Positions 44,909 through 55,688 of a DNA stretch of 64,000 nt are shown here, one piece after another. A program made the translations under genes and the position numbers. Source of the stretch: an uncultured Chloroflexia bacterium (GTDB lineage Bacteria > Chloroflexota > Anaerolineae > Anaerolineales > E44-bin32); contig CAVZPO010000022.1 in NCBI GenBank assembly GCA_963777165.1, positions 12,082-76,081 of the forward strand, read 5' to 3'. The stretch's first letter is position 1. Every line of letters starts with the position of its first letter. Below the pieces are notes generated by a model that was given only the letters and a program-made list of their open reading frames with translations, made no database searches and was not told the origin of the DNA.

Positions 44909-46169
44909 CTAGGCTTGCAGCGCCGCCTGGAACTTTTCGAGCCCGTCCTCGATCTGGCTGGCGTTGACCACCAGCGGCGGGATCCAGCGGATTACGTTTT
45001 CGTACGATCCGCAGGTGAGCAGCAGGAGCCCCTGTTGGTAGGCGGCCTTGGCCACCGCTTTGGCGCGATCGGTCCACGGCTCGCCGTGGCGCGTCGGTGA
45101 ATTCGCTGGCGATCATCAGGCCGCGGCCGCGCACATCGCCGATCGCCGGGTGCTGTTTCTGCAGCTGCCGCAGACCACCCAGCAGCACTTCTCCCATGGC
45201 GGCGGCGTTCTCGATCAACTTCTCGTCGTGCATGAGCTGGATGGTCGCCACGGCAGCGGCGCAGGCGACGGCGTTGCCGCCGTAGGTGCCGCCGTGCGAG
45301 CCCGGGATCCACTTCGCCATGAGGTCCCGCCGGGCCGCCAATCCTGCCAGTGGCATCCCGGAGGCCATCCCTTTGGCCATCACCAGGATATCCGGGACCA
45401 CACCGCTGTACTCGATCGAGAACCACCTGCCCGCCCGGCCGAAACCGGCCTGCACCTCATCCGCCACCAGCAGGATGCCGTAGTGATCGCAGACCTCACG
45501 CAGCCCTTGGAGAAACGCGTCGGGAGCCGGAACGTAGCCGCCCTCACCGAGAATCGGCTCGATGACGATGGCGGCCGTCTCGTCCGGCGCGGTCTGGGTC
45601 TTGAGCAGCAGCTTGAGCTCGCGCAGGCAGAAGCGAACGGTCGTCGCCTCATCCCATCCGTAGTAGTAGGCATAGGGGAAAGGCGCCACGAAGACACCGC
45701 TGGCGAGGGGGGCATACCCGGAACGGTAGATCGATTTCGAGGTGGTCATGGCCATCGTGGCGTTGGTGCGGCCATGGAAAGACCCCTGGAAGACGATCAC
45801 ATTCGGCCGCCGGGTGGCATGCCGCGCCAGCTTCACCGCGCCTTCGATGGCCTCGGCACCGGAGTTGGTGAAAAAGAACGTGTCCAGAGGCTTCGGCACA
45901 ATGGGCAGGAGCTGTTGGACCAGGCGCAACATGGGTTGATGCGCCACCAACGCTGCCTGTCCATGGAGAAGCTTGGCGGCCTGCTCCTGAATGGCCTGGA
46001 CGACGCGCGGGTGGGAGTGGCCGGTGTTGGTGACCCCGATCCCGCTGGTGAAATCAAGATAGCGTCGGCCGGCGGTATCGATCAGGTACGGTCCCTCGCC
46101 GTGATCGACCACCAGCGGCCAGGCGCGGTTCCACACGGGGGCGAGGTGCGATAGACCTTCAGGTTCCAT
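44909..46169 (-). pseudogene. class-III aminotransferase, 4-aminobutyrate aminotransferase-like, frame broken near 45084-45097
   Basis: DFTSGIGVTNTGHSHP, FFTNSGAEAIEGAVKLAR, FQGSFHGRT, LLVADEVQAGFGRAGRWF and the PLP-Lys in MAKGMASG. After ...MIASEFTD the true tail RHGEPWTDRAKAVAKAAYQQGLLLLTCGSYENVIRWIPPLVVNASQIEDGLEKFQAALQA* is in the +1 frame (stop 44909-44911). One extra G in GAC(G)CGCCAC. Confidence 0.85.
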
Positions 46170-46199
46170 GCGTACCCTCTCCTTCAGGCCGCCGAGGCT

Positions 46200-47696
46200 T
46201 CAGAAGGTCCGCGACCATTCCTTCGGCCAGCGCTCGATCACTACCTTCTTCTGCGTGAAGAACTCGACCGCATCCCAGCCCTGGCCATGCAGGTCCCCGA
46301 AGAAGCTCTCCTTCCAGCCGCTGAACGGGAAGAAGGCCATCGGCGCAGCAATCCCGACGTTGATGCCGATGTCTCCGGCCTCGGCCTCGTAGCGGAACCG
46401 GCGCGCCGCCGCGCCGCTGCTGGTGAACAGGCAGGCCATGTTTCCGTGCGGGCGATCGTTCACCAGCCCCAAGGCCTCGTCGAGGGTCGCGGCGTGCATC
46501 ACACCCAGCACCGGCCCGAAGATCTCCGTCGTGGCCAGCTGCCCTGCCGGCGGCACATCGGTCAGGATCGTCGGCCGCACGAAGCTCCCCCGCTCGTACC
46601 CGGGGATTCGCGGCCGGCGCCCATCAATCGGCAACCCGGCCCCTTCCGCCAGTCCAGCGCCGATCAACCCCTCGATCCTTTGCTGGCTCTCCGGCGAGAT
46701 CACCGGCCCCATCTGCACGCCCTCGTCCAGTCCGTAGCCGGTCACCCGGCTTGCGGCGGCGTCGCAGATCATCTCGGGGAACCACTCGCGCGCCTCGCCG
46801 ACGGTGATGGCCACCGAGGCCGCGGCGCAGCGCTGCCCTGCGCATCCGAAGGCGCTGTCGGCAGTGATCCGGGTCGTCATCTCCCGGTCGGCGTCCGGCA
46901 TGATCACCAGCGGGTTCTTCGCCCCGCCCTGACACTGGGCACGCTTGCCCTGCTCCGCCGAGCGGCGGTAGAGGTATCGTGCCACCGGCGTGGAGCCCAC
47001 GAAGCTGATCGCGCGGATCGCCGGGTGATCCAGGATCGCATCGACCGTCTCAGCGGCTCCGTTGACCAGGTTGACCACGCCGCGCGGGACGCCCGTCTGT
47101 TCGATCAGGCCGAAGATGCGCTGCATCGTCAGCGGCACCTTCTCGGACGGTTTGACGATGTAGGTGTTGCCGCAGGCGATGGCGTAGGGCATGAACCAGA
47201 ACGGGATCATGCCCGGGAAGTTGAAGGGACAGATGGCGGCGCACACGCCCACAGGCTGGCGGATCATCGTCTCGTCGAACCCGCGGGCGATGTCCTCCGA
47301 GTGGTAGCCCTGCATCAGGATCGGCATGCCGCAGGCGATCTCGACGTTCTCGATCGCCCGGCGCATCTCGCCGCGCGCCTCGTCCAGCGTCTTGCCGCAC
47401 TCGATCGTGATCAGGCGCGACAGCCCTTCCAGATCCTCTTCCAGAAGCGCCTTGAGCTTGAACAGGTACTGGACGCGTTCGGGGGCCGGCGTCCGCCTCC
47501 ATTCCGGAAGCGCCCGCGCCGCCGCCTCGGCCGCGCGTGCCACATCGGCTGCCGTCGAGAGCGGCGTCCGCCCGATCCGCTCGGCCGTCGCCGGGTTGAC
47601 GACGTCGACGAAGTCGCCGCCGCTGGATGCCACCCAGGCGTGGTCGATGAAGTTCAGCACCTGTCCCGGGATGCCCTCAGGCTGTGGCGATGGCAT
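46200..47696 (-). CDS. mmsA: CoA-acylating methylmalonate/malonate-semialdehyde dehydrogenase
   Basis: 498 aa from ATG 47696. Contains [43 protein letters not shown] (catalytic Cys), and the C-terminal [16 protein letters not shown]...FFTQKKVV typical of MmsA/IolA. Confidence 0.9.
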   Translation of the reverse strand: MPSPQPEGIPGQVLNFIDHAWVASSGGDFVDVVNPATAERIGRTPLSTAADVARAAEAAARALPEWRRTPAPERVQYLFKLKALLEEDLEGLSRLITIECGKTLDEARGEMRRAIENVEIACGMPILMQGYHSEDIARGFDETMIRQPVGVCAAICPFNFPGMIPFWFMPYAIACGNTYIVKPSEKVPLTMQRIFGLIEQTGVPRGVVNLVNGAAETVDAILDHPAIRAISFVGSTPVARYLYRRSAEQGKRAQCQGGAKNPLVIMPDADREMTTRITADSAFGCAGQRCAAASVAITVGEAREWFPEMICDAAASRVTGYGLDEGVQMGPVISPESQQRIEGLIGAGLAEGAGLPIDGRRPRIPGYERGSFVRPTILTDVPPAGQLATTEIFGPVLGVMHAATLDEALGLVNDRPHGNMACLFTSSGAAARRFRYEAEAGDIGINVGIAAPMAFFPFSGWKESFFGDLHGQGWDAVEFFTQKKVVIERWPKEWSRTF

Positions 47697-49014
47697 CGGT
47701 GATCTCCAGCGCCCGCTCGATGATCGCCAGGCCCTCGTCCACTTGCGCCGCGGTGATGCACAGCGGCGGCACGGCAAAGACAACGTTGTGGAAGATGAAG
47801 GTGAACAAGCCTTGGCTGCGCAGGAATGCGCCGACTTCGGTGAGCGGGTCGATGGGTTCACGGGTGGATTTGCTCTTGACGATCTCCAGGGCGGAGAACA
47901 GGCCGATGTACCTCACGTCACCCACCGAGGCGTGCCGGGCCTTGATCTCCTCGAGCCGCCGGCCCAGGTGCTTCCCGACCCGCGCGGCGTTCTCGAGCAG
48001 GCCGTCGTCCTCGTACGCCTGGAGTGTGGCGACGCCCGCGGCGCAAGCCAGGGGGTGGCCACTGTAGGTCAGCCCGCACCAGAGCATCTTGTCCTCGAAG
48101 TAGTCGGCGATCGGTTGGCTGACGATCACCGCCCCGAGGGGCACGTAGCCGGCGGTGATGCCCTTGGCGGTGGTGATCATGTCGGGCACCACGTTCCAGT
48201 GATCGACGGCGAACCACTTCCCGGTGCGGCCCCAGCCGCTCATCACCTCATCCGAGATGAGCAGGATGCCATGGCGGTCGCAGATCTCGCGCACCCGGGG
48301 CCAGTAGTCGTCGGGCGGCACGATCAGCCCATTGGTCCCGGTGACGCCCTCCATGATGATCGCTGCCACGCGGTCGGTTCCTTCATAAGACAACACTTCC
48401 TCGACGTGGGCGATGCACTCGCGGTGGCAGGTCTCCCGCGTCCAGCCGAAGGGACATCGGTAGCAGAATGGATCGAGGAAATGCACCACGCCGGGGATCG
48501 TCGGCTCGGCCGGGAGACGCCGGTAGTCCCCGGTCAGCGCCAGCGCGCCCTGCGTGGCGCCGTGATACGAGCGGTAGCGGGCCAGGATCTTGTGCCGGCC
48601 GGTGTAGAAGCGGGCGATCTTGATGGCGTTCTCATTCGCCTCCGCGCCGCCCAGACAGAAGAACGTCTTCTTCAGGTTTCCGGGGGCGACCTCGGCGATC
48701 TTCTTCCCCAGGAGCCCGCGCGGCTCGGTGGCCATGCCCGGATGGGCGTAACACAGCCGGGCGGCCTGCTCCTGGATTGCGCGAACCACCTTCGGGTGCT
48801 GATGGCCGATGTTGAGGTTCATCAGCTGCGACGAGAAATCCAGATAGCGCTTCCCGTCCGCGTCCCAGAAGTAGATGCCCTCGGCCCGGGTGATGGGGAT
48901 CGGCGCAGTCGCCGATTGGATCGACCAGGAGAACAGGGTGTATTCCCGGTTCATCCGCACCATCTCTTCAGAGCTCATCGCTGTCGTGGCTGCCACCTTC
49001 CCCTCCGCAAGCAT
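47677..49014 (-). CDS. class-III (omega-)aminotransferase, beta-alanine/taurine:pyruvate type
   Basis: [63 protein letters not shown] and the PLP-Lys in TTAKGITAG. Start 49014 (alternative 48978). Confidence 0.85.
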   Translation of the reverse strand: MLAEGKVAATTAMSSEEMVRMNREYTLFSWSIQSATAPIPITRAEGIYFWDADGKRYLDFSSQLMNLNIGHQHPKVVRAIQEQAARLCYAHPGMATEPRGLLGKKIAEVAPGNLKKTFFCLGGAEANENAIKIARFYTGRHKILARYRSYHGATQGALALTGDYRRLPAEPTIPGVVHFLDPFCYRCPFGWTRETCHRECIAHVEEVLSYEGTDRVAAIIMEGVTGTNGLIVPPDDYWPRVREICDRHGILLISDEVMSGWGRTGKWFAVDHWNVVPDMITTAKGITAGYVPLGAVIVSQPIADYFEDKMLWCGLTYSGHPLACAAGVATLQAYEDDGLLENAARVGKHLGRRLEEIKARHASVGDVRYIGLFSALEIVKSKSTREPIDPLTEVGAFLRSQGLFTFIFHNVVFAVPPLCITAAQVDEGLAIIERALEITDAIATA

Positions 49015-49040
49015 GTGAGTGTCCGCCGTGCGGACGCCGC

Positions 49041-50345
49041 CTACTTCCTGACGCTCCGGGCGGCATCCGCCATCACGTTCAGCGTCTCGTCGATGTCGGC
49101 ATCCGTGTGTGCATAGCACAGGAACCAGGGCTCGCGCGGATCGTGATCGGGCATGACCCCGCGTTCCATCGCCGCCTCGACCAGGCGCAGGTACAACTCC
49201 TTGTCCGACGCGTCCCACTCCCGCTGACAGGTCACAGTCTCTACGCCGAAGGCGAAGGAGAACATGGACGGATGCCCGCGAAAGGAGACCGGCAGGCCCG
49301 CCGCCTCGAACACCTGCTTCAGGCCGTCCATCAGCCGTCGACCGCGCAGGGCGATCGTCTCCAGGATCGGGTGCCTCTGGAGCAAGTCGAGCGTGGCATA
49401 GGCGGCCGCCACGCCGGGCTTGTTGTTGTTGAACGTCCCCCCCTGTGAGACCCCATGCCCGATGAGGCTCATGATCTCCCGCCTTCCGCCCAGTGCCGCC
49501 AGCGGGTAGCCGTTGGCCAGCGACTTGGCGTAGGTCGCCAGGTCGGGCTGCAATCCGAAGGCCTCCTGCGCCCCGCCGCGCGCGATGCGGAATCCGGTCT
49601 TGACCTCGTCCAGGATGAAGACGATGCCGTACTCGTCGCATTTCTGCCGCACGAACTGCAGGAACCCGGGCAGCGGCTCGATCGCGCCGCAGTTGTCCTG
49701 CATGGGCTCAGTGATGATCGCGGCGATCTCGTGGCCGACGCGTCTCAGCGCGTTCTCCAGCGCCTCGAAATCATTGAACGGCAAGGTGACGATCAGCGAC
49801 TGCAGGCAGTTCGGCAGACCCGAGCTGGCCGGCACGGGGATCGGGCTGCGCCGGCTGCCGTAGGTCTCCGAAGGAGCATAGGTCGAGAAAAGCAGGTAGT
49901 CCTGAAAGCCGTGGTAGTTGCCTTCGAATTTGACGATCTTCTCCCGGCCGGTGTACGCCCGGGCGACCCGCAGCGCGTGCATCGTCGCCTCGGTCCCCGA
50001 GCATGCGAAACGCACCATCTCGACCGCCGGACACATGGCGACGATCATCTCGGCCACCGCCACTTCGAGCTCGCCGGTCATGGCGAAGAGCGACCCCTGG
50101 TCGATCTCGGCGTGGACTTTCGCATCCACCTCCGGGTAGGCGTGCCCGAGGATGATCGGACCGAACGCAAGCCGATAGTCGATGTACCGGTTCCCATCCA
50201 CATCCCACAGGTAGCCGCCTTTGGCCTTCTGGACATAGGGCGTGATCCCCTCGCCCCAGTAGCGGAAGTTGGAGTGGACTCCCAGCGGCATCACGGCTGA
50301 TGCCCGGCGCTGCATGGCGATGCTCTTGTCGTGCAAGTTCGTCAC
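49041..50345 (-). CDS. class-III aminotransferase, glutamate-1-semialdehyde 2,1-aminomutase-like
   Basis: GTG 50345 has an AAGGAGAAGG RBS. Contains MPLGVHSNFRYW, YIDYRLAFGPIILGHAYP, FACSGTEATMHALRVARAYTGR, FILDEVKTGFRIA and the PLP-Lys in YAKSLANG. Confidence 0.85.
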   Translation of the reverse strand: MTNLHDKSIAMQRRASAVMPLGVHSNFRYWGEGITPYVQKAKGGYLWDVDGNRYIDYRLAFGPIILGHAYPEVDAKVHAEIDQGSLFAMTGELEVAVAEMIVAMCPAVEMVRFACSGTEATMHALRVARAYTGREKIVKFEGNYHGFQDYLLFSTYAPSETYGSRRSPIPVPASSGLPNCLQSLIVTLPFNDFEALENALRRVGHEIAAIITEPMQDNCGAIEPLPGFLQFVRQKCDEYGIVFILDEVKTGFRIARGGAQEAFGLQPDLATYAKSLANGYPLAALGGRREIMSLIGHGVSQGGTFNNNKPGVAAAYATLDLLQRHPILETIALRGRRLMDGLKQVFEAAGLPVSFRGHPSMFSFAFGVETVTCQREWDASDKELYLRLVEAAMERGVMPDHDPREPWFLCYAHTDADIDETLNVMADAARSVRK

Positions 50346-50494
50346 GGCCTTCTCCTTGCCAGTCTCGTCGCGCGCCCGCCGTACCCACCACCGGATCCGG
50401 CGGCTCGGCCCGGTTCGCAAGCGGGAGCGGCAGGCCTGTCGTCAAGCATCTCCCTCACGCCGGGCAGAAAGGCACTCCAGGCGCGAGGGGCGAC

Positions 50495-51858
50495 CTAAAG
50501 CGCCTTCTTCAACTCCACCAGCGTGTCGGACAGGCGATCGATCACTTGATCCAGCACTTCGAACGGGATGACCAGCGGCGGTTCGATGCGGACGGTGTGA
50601 GCATTGGTGAGCGTGCCGCCGACCAACACGCCGCGTTTGAACAGCCCGGCCGCCACCTTGTAGCCGATCTCCGGGTTGTGGAAGTGCATCCCAATGAGCA
50701 GGCCGCGGCCGGTGATACGGTCGTAGATCTCCGGATACTGGGCGGCGAGCGCCTCCAGCTTCGGGATCAGGTAGGCACCCTTGGCAGCCGCCTGCTCCCA
50801 CAGCTTCTCCCGCAACGTGAATCGAATGGCGGCGATCGCCGCGCTGCAGGCCAGACGCCCCGCCCCCGGTGGTGGTGGTGTGGATGAAGGGGTTGGGCTG
50901 CATCATGACCTGCCAGATCTCCTCCGTCGCGCAGAAGGCGCTGATCGGCATCACGCCGCCGCCCAGCGCCTTGGCCGCCGCCAGGATATCCGGGACGACT
51001 TCCCAGTGATCGACGCCCCACAGTTTGCCGGTCCGTCCCATCCCGGTCTGCACTTCATCAGCGATGAGCAGGACGCCGTAGTGGCGTGTCAGCTCGCGCA
51101 GCCGCGGCCAGTAGTCGTCCGGCGGGACAATCGCTCCGGCCTCGCCCTGGATCGGCTCCATGAGCACGCCGGCAATGTCGACCCCGACCGTCCGGCAGAT
51201 CTCGAGCTGCCGCTCCACGGCATCCGCCTCCCCGAAGGGCACGTGGTAGACGGGCCCGCCGTACAGGATCCCGGCCGGCTGCCGGTAGTCGGCCTTGCCC
51301 ATCATCGACAGCGAGCCCATCGTCTTACCGTGGAAGGCCTTGACGGCGACGATGAAGCCGCTCTTGCGCGTGTAGAGCTTGGCCAGCTTGATGGCGCCTT
51401 CGATGGCCTCGGTCCCGCTGGCGCAGAAGAAGCTGTACTTGATATCGCCCGGCGTGATCTGCGCCATCAAACGCGCCAGCACGCCGCGCAGGGGGTCGAT
51501 CAGCTCCTGGCTGGGCATCGGGCGTGCGCAGGGTCAGTTGGGCGCGCACCGTGTCGACGATTTCAGGGTTCGCCCAGCCGTGCACGAGCAGGCCGTATCC
51601 GCCGAGGCAGTCGATGTACTCCCGCCCGAGGACGTCGCGGAACAGCGCCCCACTGCCCGTCCATTCGGTCGCCGCCCAGTCGCCCGCCTCGGTCACGGAC
51701 TTGCGGTACTCCAGCCAGCCGCGGTTGAAGTACTCGGCGAAGTTGAGTTTGGATTCCTCGATGATCTGCTTGCCCAAGGACTCCGGCACCGAAGGCTGGT
51801 GGATCAGTTCCACCCAGCGGTCGGCGTATGTCAATGCATCGTCGAGCGATTGAGGCAC
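50495..51858 (-). pseudogene. patA: putrescine aminotransferase (PatA/YgjG-like), two frame breaks at homopolymers (51520-51522 and 50858-50861)
   Basis: Collinear with my memory of E. coli PatA: EYFNRGWLEYRKSVTEAGDWAATEW, YIDCLGGYG, SQELIDPLR, YSFFCASGTEAIEGAIKLAK, IADEVQTGMGRTGK, AAKALGGGVMPI, NPFIHTTT.GG, then (other frame) LACSAAIAAI...TIRIEPPL. GGAGG RBS before GTG 51858. Confidence 0.85.
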
Positions 51859-51865
51859 GTCGAGC

Positions 51866-51901
51866 CTCCGTAGGAGGCGGGCGGGCCGCGGCCCGCCCGC
51901 C
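51866..51901 (-). promoter_or_regulatory. 26-bp perfect GC palindrome overlapping an anti-SD/SD hairpin in front of patA
   Basis: GGCGGGCGGGCCGCGGCCCGCCCGCC lies at 51876-51901. On the mRNA its 3' end runs into CCUCC-UAC-GGAGG, where GGAGG is the patA Shine-Dalgarno sequence. Confidence 0.35.
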
Positions 51902-51916
51902 AGACGGCTATCCGCG

Positions 51917-53126
51917 TTAGCCCATTTCCTTCATCCCGTAGGGGAAGTCATATTGGGCCATGCGCTGCATGAACGGGTCGGGATCGAAGGCTTCCGGCCC
52001 GAAGACCCCGGCGCCCTTCCAGATCCCCGCCTCGAGCAGTTCCATGGCGATCACCGGGTTGACCGCCGTCTGCCATACCACCGCCTGCACCCGATACTTC
52101 TTCATGCAGGTCTCGTTGTCCGCCACCTGGTACAGGTAGACCTGACGCGGTCGTGCCGTCCTTGCGGCCTTTCACCCACGTCCCGGCGCAGGTCTTGCCG
52201 AACATGCGGTCCCCCAGGTGCGCCGGGTCCGGCAAGCAGGCGGCAACGACATCGCGTGGGGCGACTTTGACGCCGCCGACTTTGATCGGGTTCTTGTTGT
52301 CCAGGCCGAGCATCTTGATCGTCTTGAGCACGCGGATGAAGTCATCGCCCAGGCCGTACTTGAAGGTTACCCGCTTGCACTTGACCCAGCGCGGCACGAG
52401 CAGCACTTCCTCGTGTTCGACGTTGACGCACCCCTGCGCGCCGATGCCCTCCGGGAACTCGAAGGTCTCGAGCTCGGAGAACGGCTCGGTCGTGTACCAG
52501 CCACGGGCCTTCTCCCAGATGATGGGCGGATTGAGGCATTCCTCAATCGTGGTCCAGATCGAAAAGTTCGGCGCGAACTCGTAGCCCCGCACCTCGAGGT
52601 TGGCGCCGTCGCGCACGTTGATCTCGTCGATCTCGTCGAACAGGTGCTTCTCGGCGTACTTGGCGAAGACATCCGCCATGCCCGGTTCGACCCCCATGCC
52701 GAGCAGGGCGAGCAGACCCTTCTTCACCCACTTCTCGGCGCGCTCGAACTGGTAGTCGCCCAGCTTCACGCCCGGCTCCTGGAACGGCCGGGTGGGATGC
52801 GGCGACGACAGCGTCATGGCCATGTCCATGTAGGTGCAGCCGTACTGGTACGCGGCGTCGAAGATCTTCTCGTTGAACAGCGGCTCGACGGCGTTCATGA
52901 TCAGGTCGACCTTGTGCTTGCGCGCCAGCTCGACGATGCGCGCCTTGTTGCCGGCGTCGATCGCCTCGATCGGGAACTTCTTCGGGTCGCGCAGCTTGCC
53001 CCGCACCTCACGGCAGCGCTTGGGATTGATGTCCGTCAGCACCATGCGCTCCAGCCATGGAGCCTTCTGCGCCACCACGGCGATCGCTTCGCCGACGCCC
53101 CCCGTCCCTACCAGTAGCACTCTCAT
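51917..53126 (-). pseudogene. saccharopine dehydrogenase-family NAD(P)-dependent oxidoreductase, frame broken near 52152-52157
   Basis: Rossmann N-terminus MRVLLVGTGGVGEAIA. Then FNEKIFDAAYQYGCTYMDMA, GVEPGMADVFA, NVEHEE. ...GTWVKGRKDG then continues in another frame as RPRQVYLYQVADNETCMKKYRVQAVVWQTAVNPVIAMELL...MKEMG* (stop 51917-51919). Confidence 0.85.
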
Positions 53127-53210
53127 GTTTGCCTCCCGGGCTCGAGGGCCCTCGTGCCATCGCCCCCGGGGCGAGGGATCCCCTCGTCCCGAGTCAGGTT
53201 CAAGCCACAG

Positions 53211-54800
53211 CTACGCGTCTGCGCCCTCAGGGTTGAATGGATCGACGTCCGGCACCCCCGGTTTGAGGGTCCGCCGGATCGGGAAATACAACAGGGCGCC
53301 GATCGCCATGGCCGCCAGCGCCAGCCACAGCGAGCTCAGGCCTTCCTCCTGGATCTGACTGTAGATGGCCAGCAGGATGATCGCCGTCGGCCCGAGCGTC
53401 ACCAGCAGCATCCCCAGCCACCCGCCGGGCACTTTCTGGCGCGGCAGGTCGGGCCGGGTGATGCGCAGCTTCCACATCGCCCCGAACTCCGCCAGGATCA
53501 CGAGCGTCTGCAGGAAGACATCGACGACGACCAGGAAGGCGAATGCCTGCAGCGAGAACAGCGTGAAGGCAAAGGCGCAGACCAGGATCGCCACCCAGGG
53601 CGTGCCGTAGCGCGGGTGGACACGCACCAGCCACTTGGGCATCATCCCGTCCTCGGCCAGCGCGAAGGGGATACGCGATCCGCCCAGGCTGTTGCCGATG
53701 AACAGGCCGATCATGCTCAGCACGGCGGCGACGGTCAGGAACCCGCCGAGCACTCGCGGCAGGGCGCTGTCGGGGCCGGTCAGCTTGGCGGCAATGGCAT
53801 GTCCGATGTCGGGGAACTCCCATCCGACGGCACTCGTCGGATCGACGCCCCAGGCCTCGTACTGCTCGGGCGCCACCCCGTATTCCTCGAGGACGACGCC
53901 GACGCCCTCGCCGTCGGCGTACTCCTCGATCCCCCACGCCTGATAGCGCCCGCCCTCACCGCCGCCCCCGTACAATCCGGCCAGCGTCGGCAGGGCGTAG
54001 GTGGCGACGGCGGCGATCAAGACCAGCAGCATGGCGCGCGGGTAGGTCTTGCGCGGGTTGACGATCTCATCGCCGGCGGCCGCCGGCAGTTCCCAGCCCA
54101 TGTAGTTCCACATCACGACAAACAGCCCGACGCTCAGCGCGCCCCCCAGCGTCTCGCCCTCGGGCAGGAACGGCAGCGACGCCGTCGTGCCGCTCTGGAT
54201 CCAGACGATGAATCCCAGGACGGTCATCACCACCAGCGGCGCCATCACCAGCACGCCCAGCCAGCTGGTGGTCAGCCCGGCCAGGCGCGCGCCGCGCACC
54301 TGGAGCGCCGACATGGCCCAGATGATGATGGCGGCGACCAGGAACGACATGAATCCGCCGCTCAACTCAAGACCGCCGAGCGTGATGCCGTTCCGGATCG
54401 CGGGGAAGAAGTACCCGAGGTAGTAGGCGGCCAGCACCGGATAGATGGCCACGTCGACGAACGACATGATCCAGTTCATCCAGCCGGCCATGAAGCCGGA
54501 GAAGGGACCGAACGCCTGTTTGATCCAGTGGTAGTAGCCGCCCTCGACCGGCATCATCGAGTTGAGCTCGCGCACCATCAACATGTTCGGCAGGCTGAAG
54601 ATCAGCGGGGTGATGATGATCAGCAGCATCGCCAACCCGGGCCCCGACCACCCCACCAGCGCCTCGATGCCGAAGGACCCGCCCGAGACGGTGAAGTAGA
54701 TCAGGCCGAACAGGGGCAAGAGGGTCAGCTCGCGTTTGAGCTTGCGTCGCTCGGCGACAATCTCCACGGCGGCCACGTTCGATCCGGATTGTGCCATCAT
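53211..54800 (-). CDS. APC-superfamily amino acid / polyamine permease
   Basis: 529 aa with about 12-13 TM segments. N-terminal LTLLPLFGLIYFTVSGGSFGIE... and MPVEGGYYHW. Strong AGAGGAGGAG RBS. Confidence 0.9.
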   Translation of the reverse strand: MMAQSGSNVAAVEIVAERRKLKRELTLLPLFGLIYFTVSGGSFGIEALVGWSGPGLAMLLIIITPLIFSLPNMLMVRELNSMMPVEGGYYHWIKQAFGPFSGFMAGWMNWIMSFVDVAIYPVLAAYYLGYFFPAIRNGITLGGLELSGGFMSFLVAAIIIWAMSALQVRGARLAGLTTSWLGVLVMAPLVVMTVLGFIVWIQSGTTASLPFLPEGETLGGALSVGLFVVMWNYMGWELPAAAGDEIVNPRKTYPRAMLLVLIAAVATYALPTLAGLYGGGGEGGRYQAWGIEEYADGEGVGVVLEEYGVAPEQYEAWGVDPTSAVGWEFPDIGHAIAAKLTGPDSALPRVLGGFLTVAAVLSMIGLFIGNSLGGSRIPFALAEDGMMPKWLVRVHPRYGTPWVAILVCAFAFTLFSLQAFAFLVVVDVFLQTLVILAEFGAMWKLRITRPDLPRQKVPGGWLGMLLVTLGPTAIILLAIYSQIQEEGLSSLWLALAAMAIGALLYFPIRRTLKPGVPDVDPFNPEGADA

Positions 54801-54944
54801 GCTCCTCCTCTGAAGCCTTCAGGTGTTCGCAGCGCGGATGCCCGCGTCAAGAATTGTTCTCGTGTTCCGGGTTGCCGTTCTCCGGCCCGGTGGACCGCCA
54901 AGGCCCGCCTTCCGCAGCCACGCGGTGTTCTCTCCAGCGCCGAA

Positions 54945-55454
54945 TCAATTCACCCCACCGGCCTTGTCTTCCCGGACGGGCTTCTCCATGCAACCGGATC
55001 TTGGGATGCGCCACTGATACACGTCTTTGAGGACCATGGGAACGATCACGGTGGAAGTCTTACGCACACCGGGGATGTTGGCGATGACCTCGGTGGTGAA
55101 CCGATAGACCTCGGCATTGTCTCGAGCCACGACTTGCGTGCTGATGTCGGTCTCCCCCATCGAGCAGCCGACGTAGCTGACGCATTCGTACTCGGTCAAC
55201 TTGCGGGCGACGTCGAGGATGCTGGCGGCATCGACTTGAATGAAGACGTCGGCGGTGACGCCGTATCCGAGCGCCCGTGGATTCGGGATGGCGCCGACGT
55301 GCACCAACCCGGCGGCGATCATCCGATCCAGACGATAGCGGACAACGCGTTCCGAGACCGCCCCCAGCCGGCGTGCAATCTCGGCACACGGCATCCGCCC
55401 ATCCTCGATGAGCAGGTCGACGATTCGGCGATCGACTTCGTCGATTTCCGACAT
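54945..55454 (-). CDS. Lrp/AsnC family transcriptional regulator
   Basis: D.VDRRIVDLLIEDGRMPCAEIARRLG.VSERVVRYRLDRM (HTH_AsnC) plus a RAM-like C-terminal domain. Confidence 0.9.
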   Translation of the reverse strand: MSEIDEVDRRIVDLLIEDGRMPCAEIARRLGAVSERVVRYRLDRMIAAGLVHVGAIPNPRALGYGVTADVFIQVDAASILDVARKLTEYECVSYVGCSMGETDISTQVVARDNAEVYRFTTEVIANIPGVRKTSTVIVPMVLKDVYQWRIPRSGCMEKPVREDKAGGVN

Positions 55455-55487
55455 ATTTCACTTCAGAACTGTTGGGAATGTACATCA

Positions 55488-55516
55488 AAGTTAGCATGGC
55501 TGGAGTTTCGAGTCAA
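55488..55516 (-). promoter_or_regulatory. sigma70-like promoter of the Lrp gene in an AT-rich divergent region
   Basis: Minus strand: TTGACT (55516-55511), 17-nt spacer, TAACTT (55493-55488). Confidence 0.4.
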
Positions 55517-55688
55517 TCATGGGTATCCGGTCCCCGATACTGGCGAAGCGTTCTGGTCAAAATTGATAAGATCTCACCTGTCCGCGCCGCCTCTGTCTGG
55601 ATTAGCCATGCCCCGGGGTCAGCCCGGTTGGAACCCAGAGGCGCCGGAGCGCCAGCGCATGCCGCGGCGCCAAGGAGCCGTCCCTACG

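Noticed and set aside
42981-46169. 1062-aa ORF that looks like an aminotransferase-AOR fusion protein
   Set aside because: The aminotransferase part loses its family C-terminus at about 45090. That C-terminus (RHGEPW...LEKFQAALQA*) is present in the +1 frame and ends at 44909. The AOR has its own AGGAGG RBS and ATG at 44876. The apparent fusion comes from one extra base that happens to open read-through.
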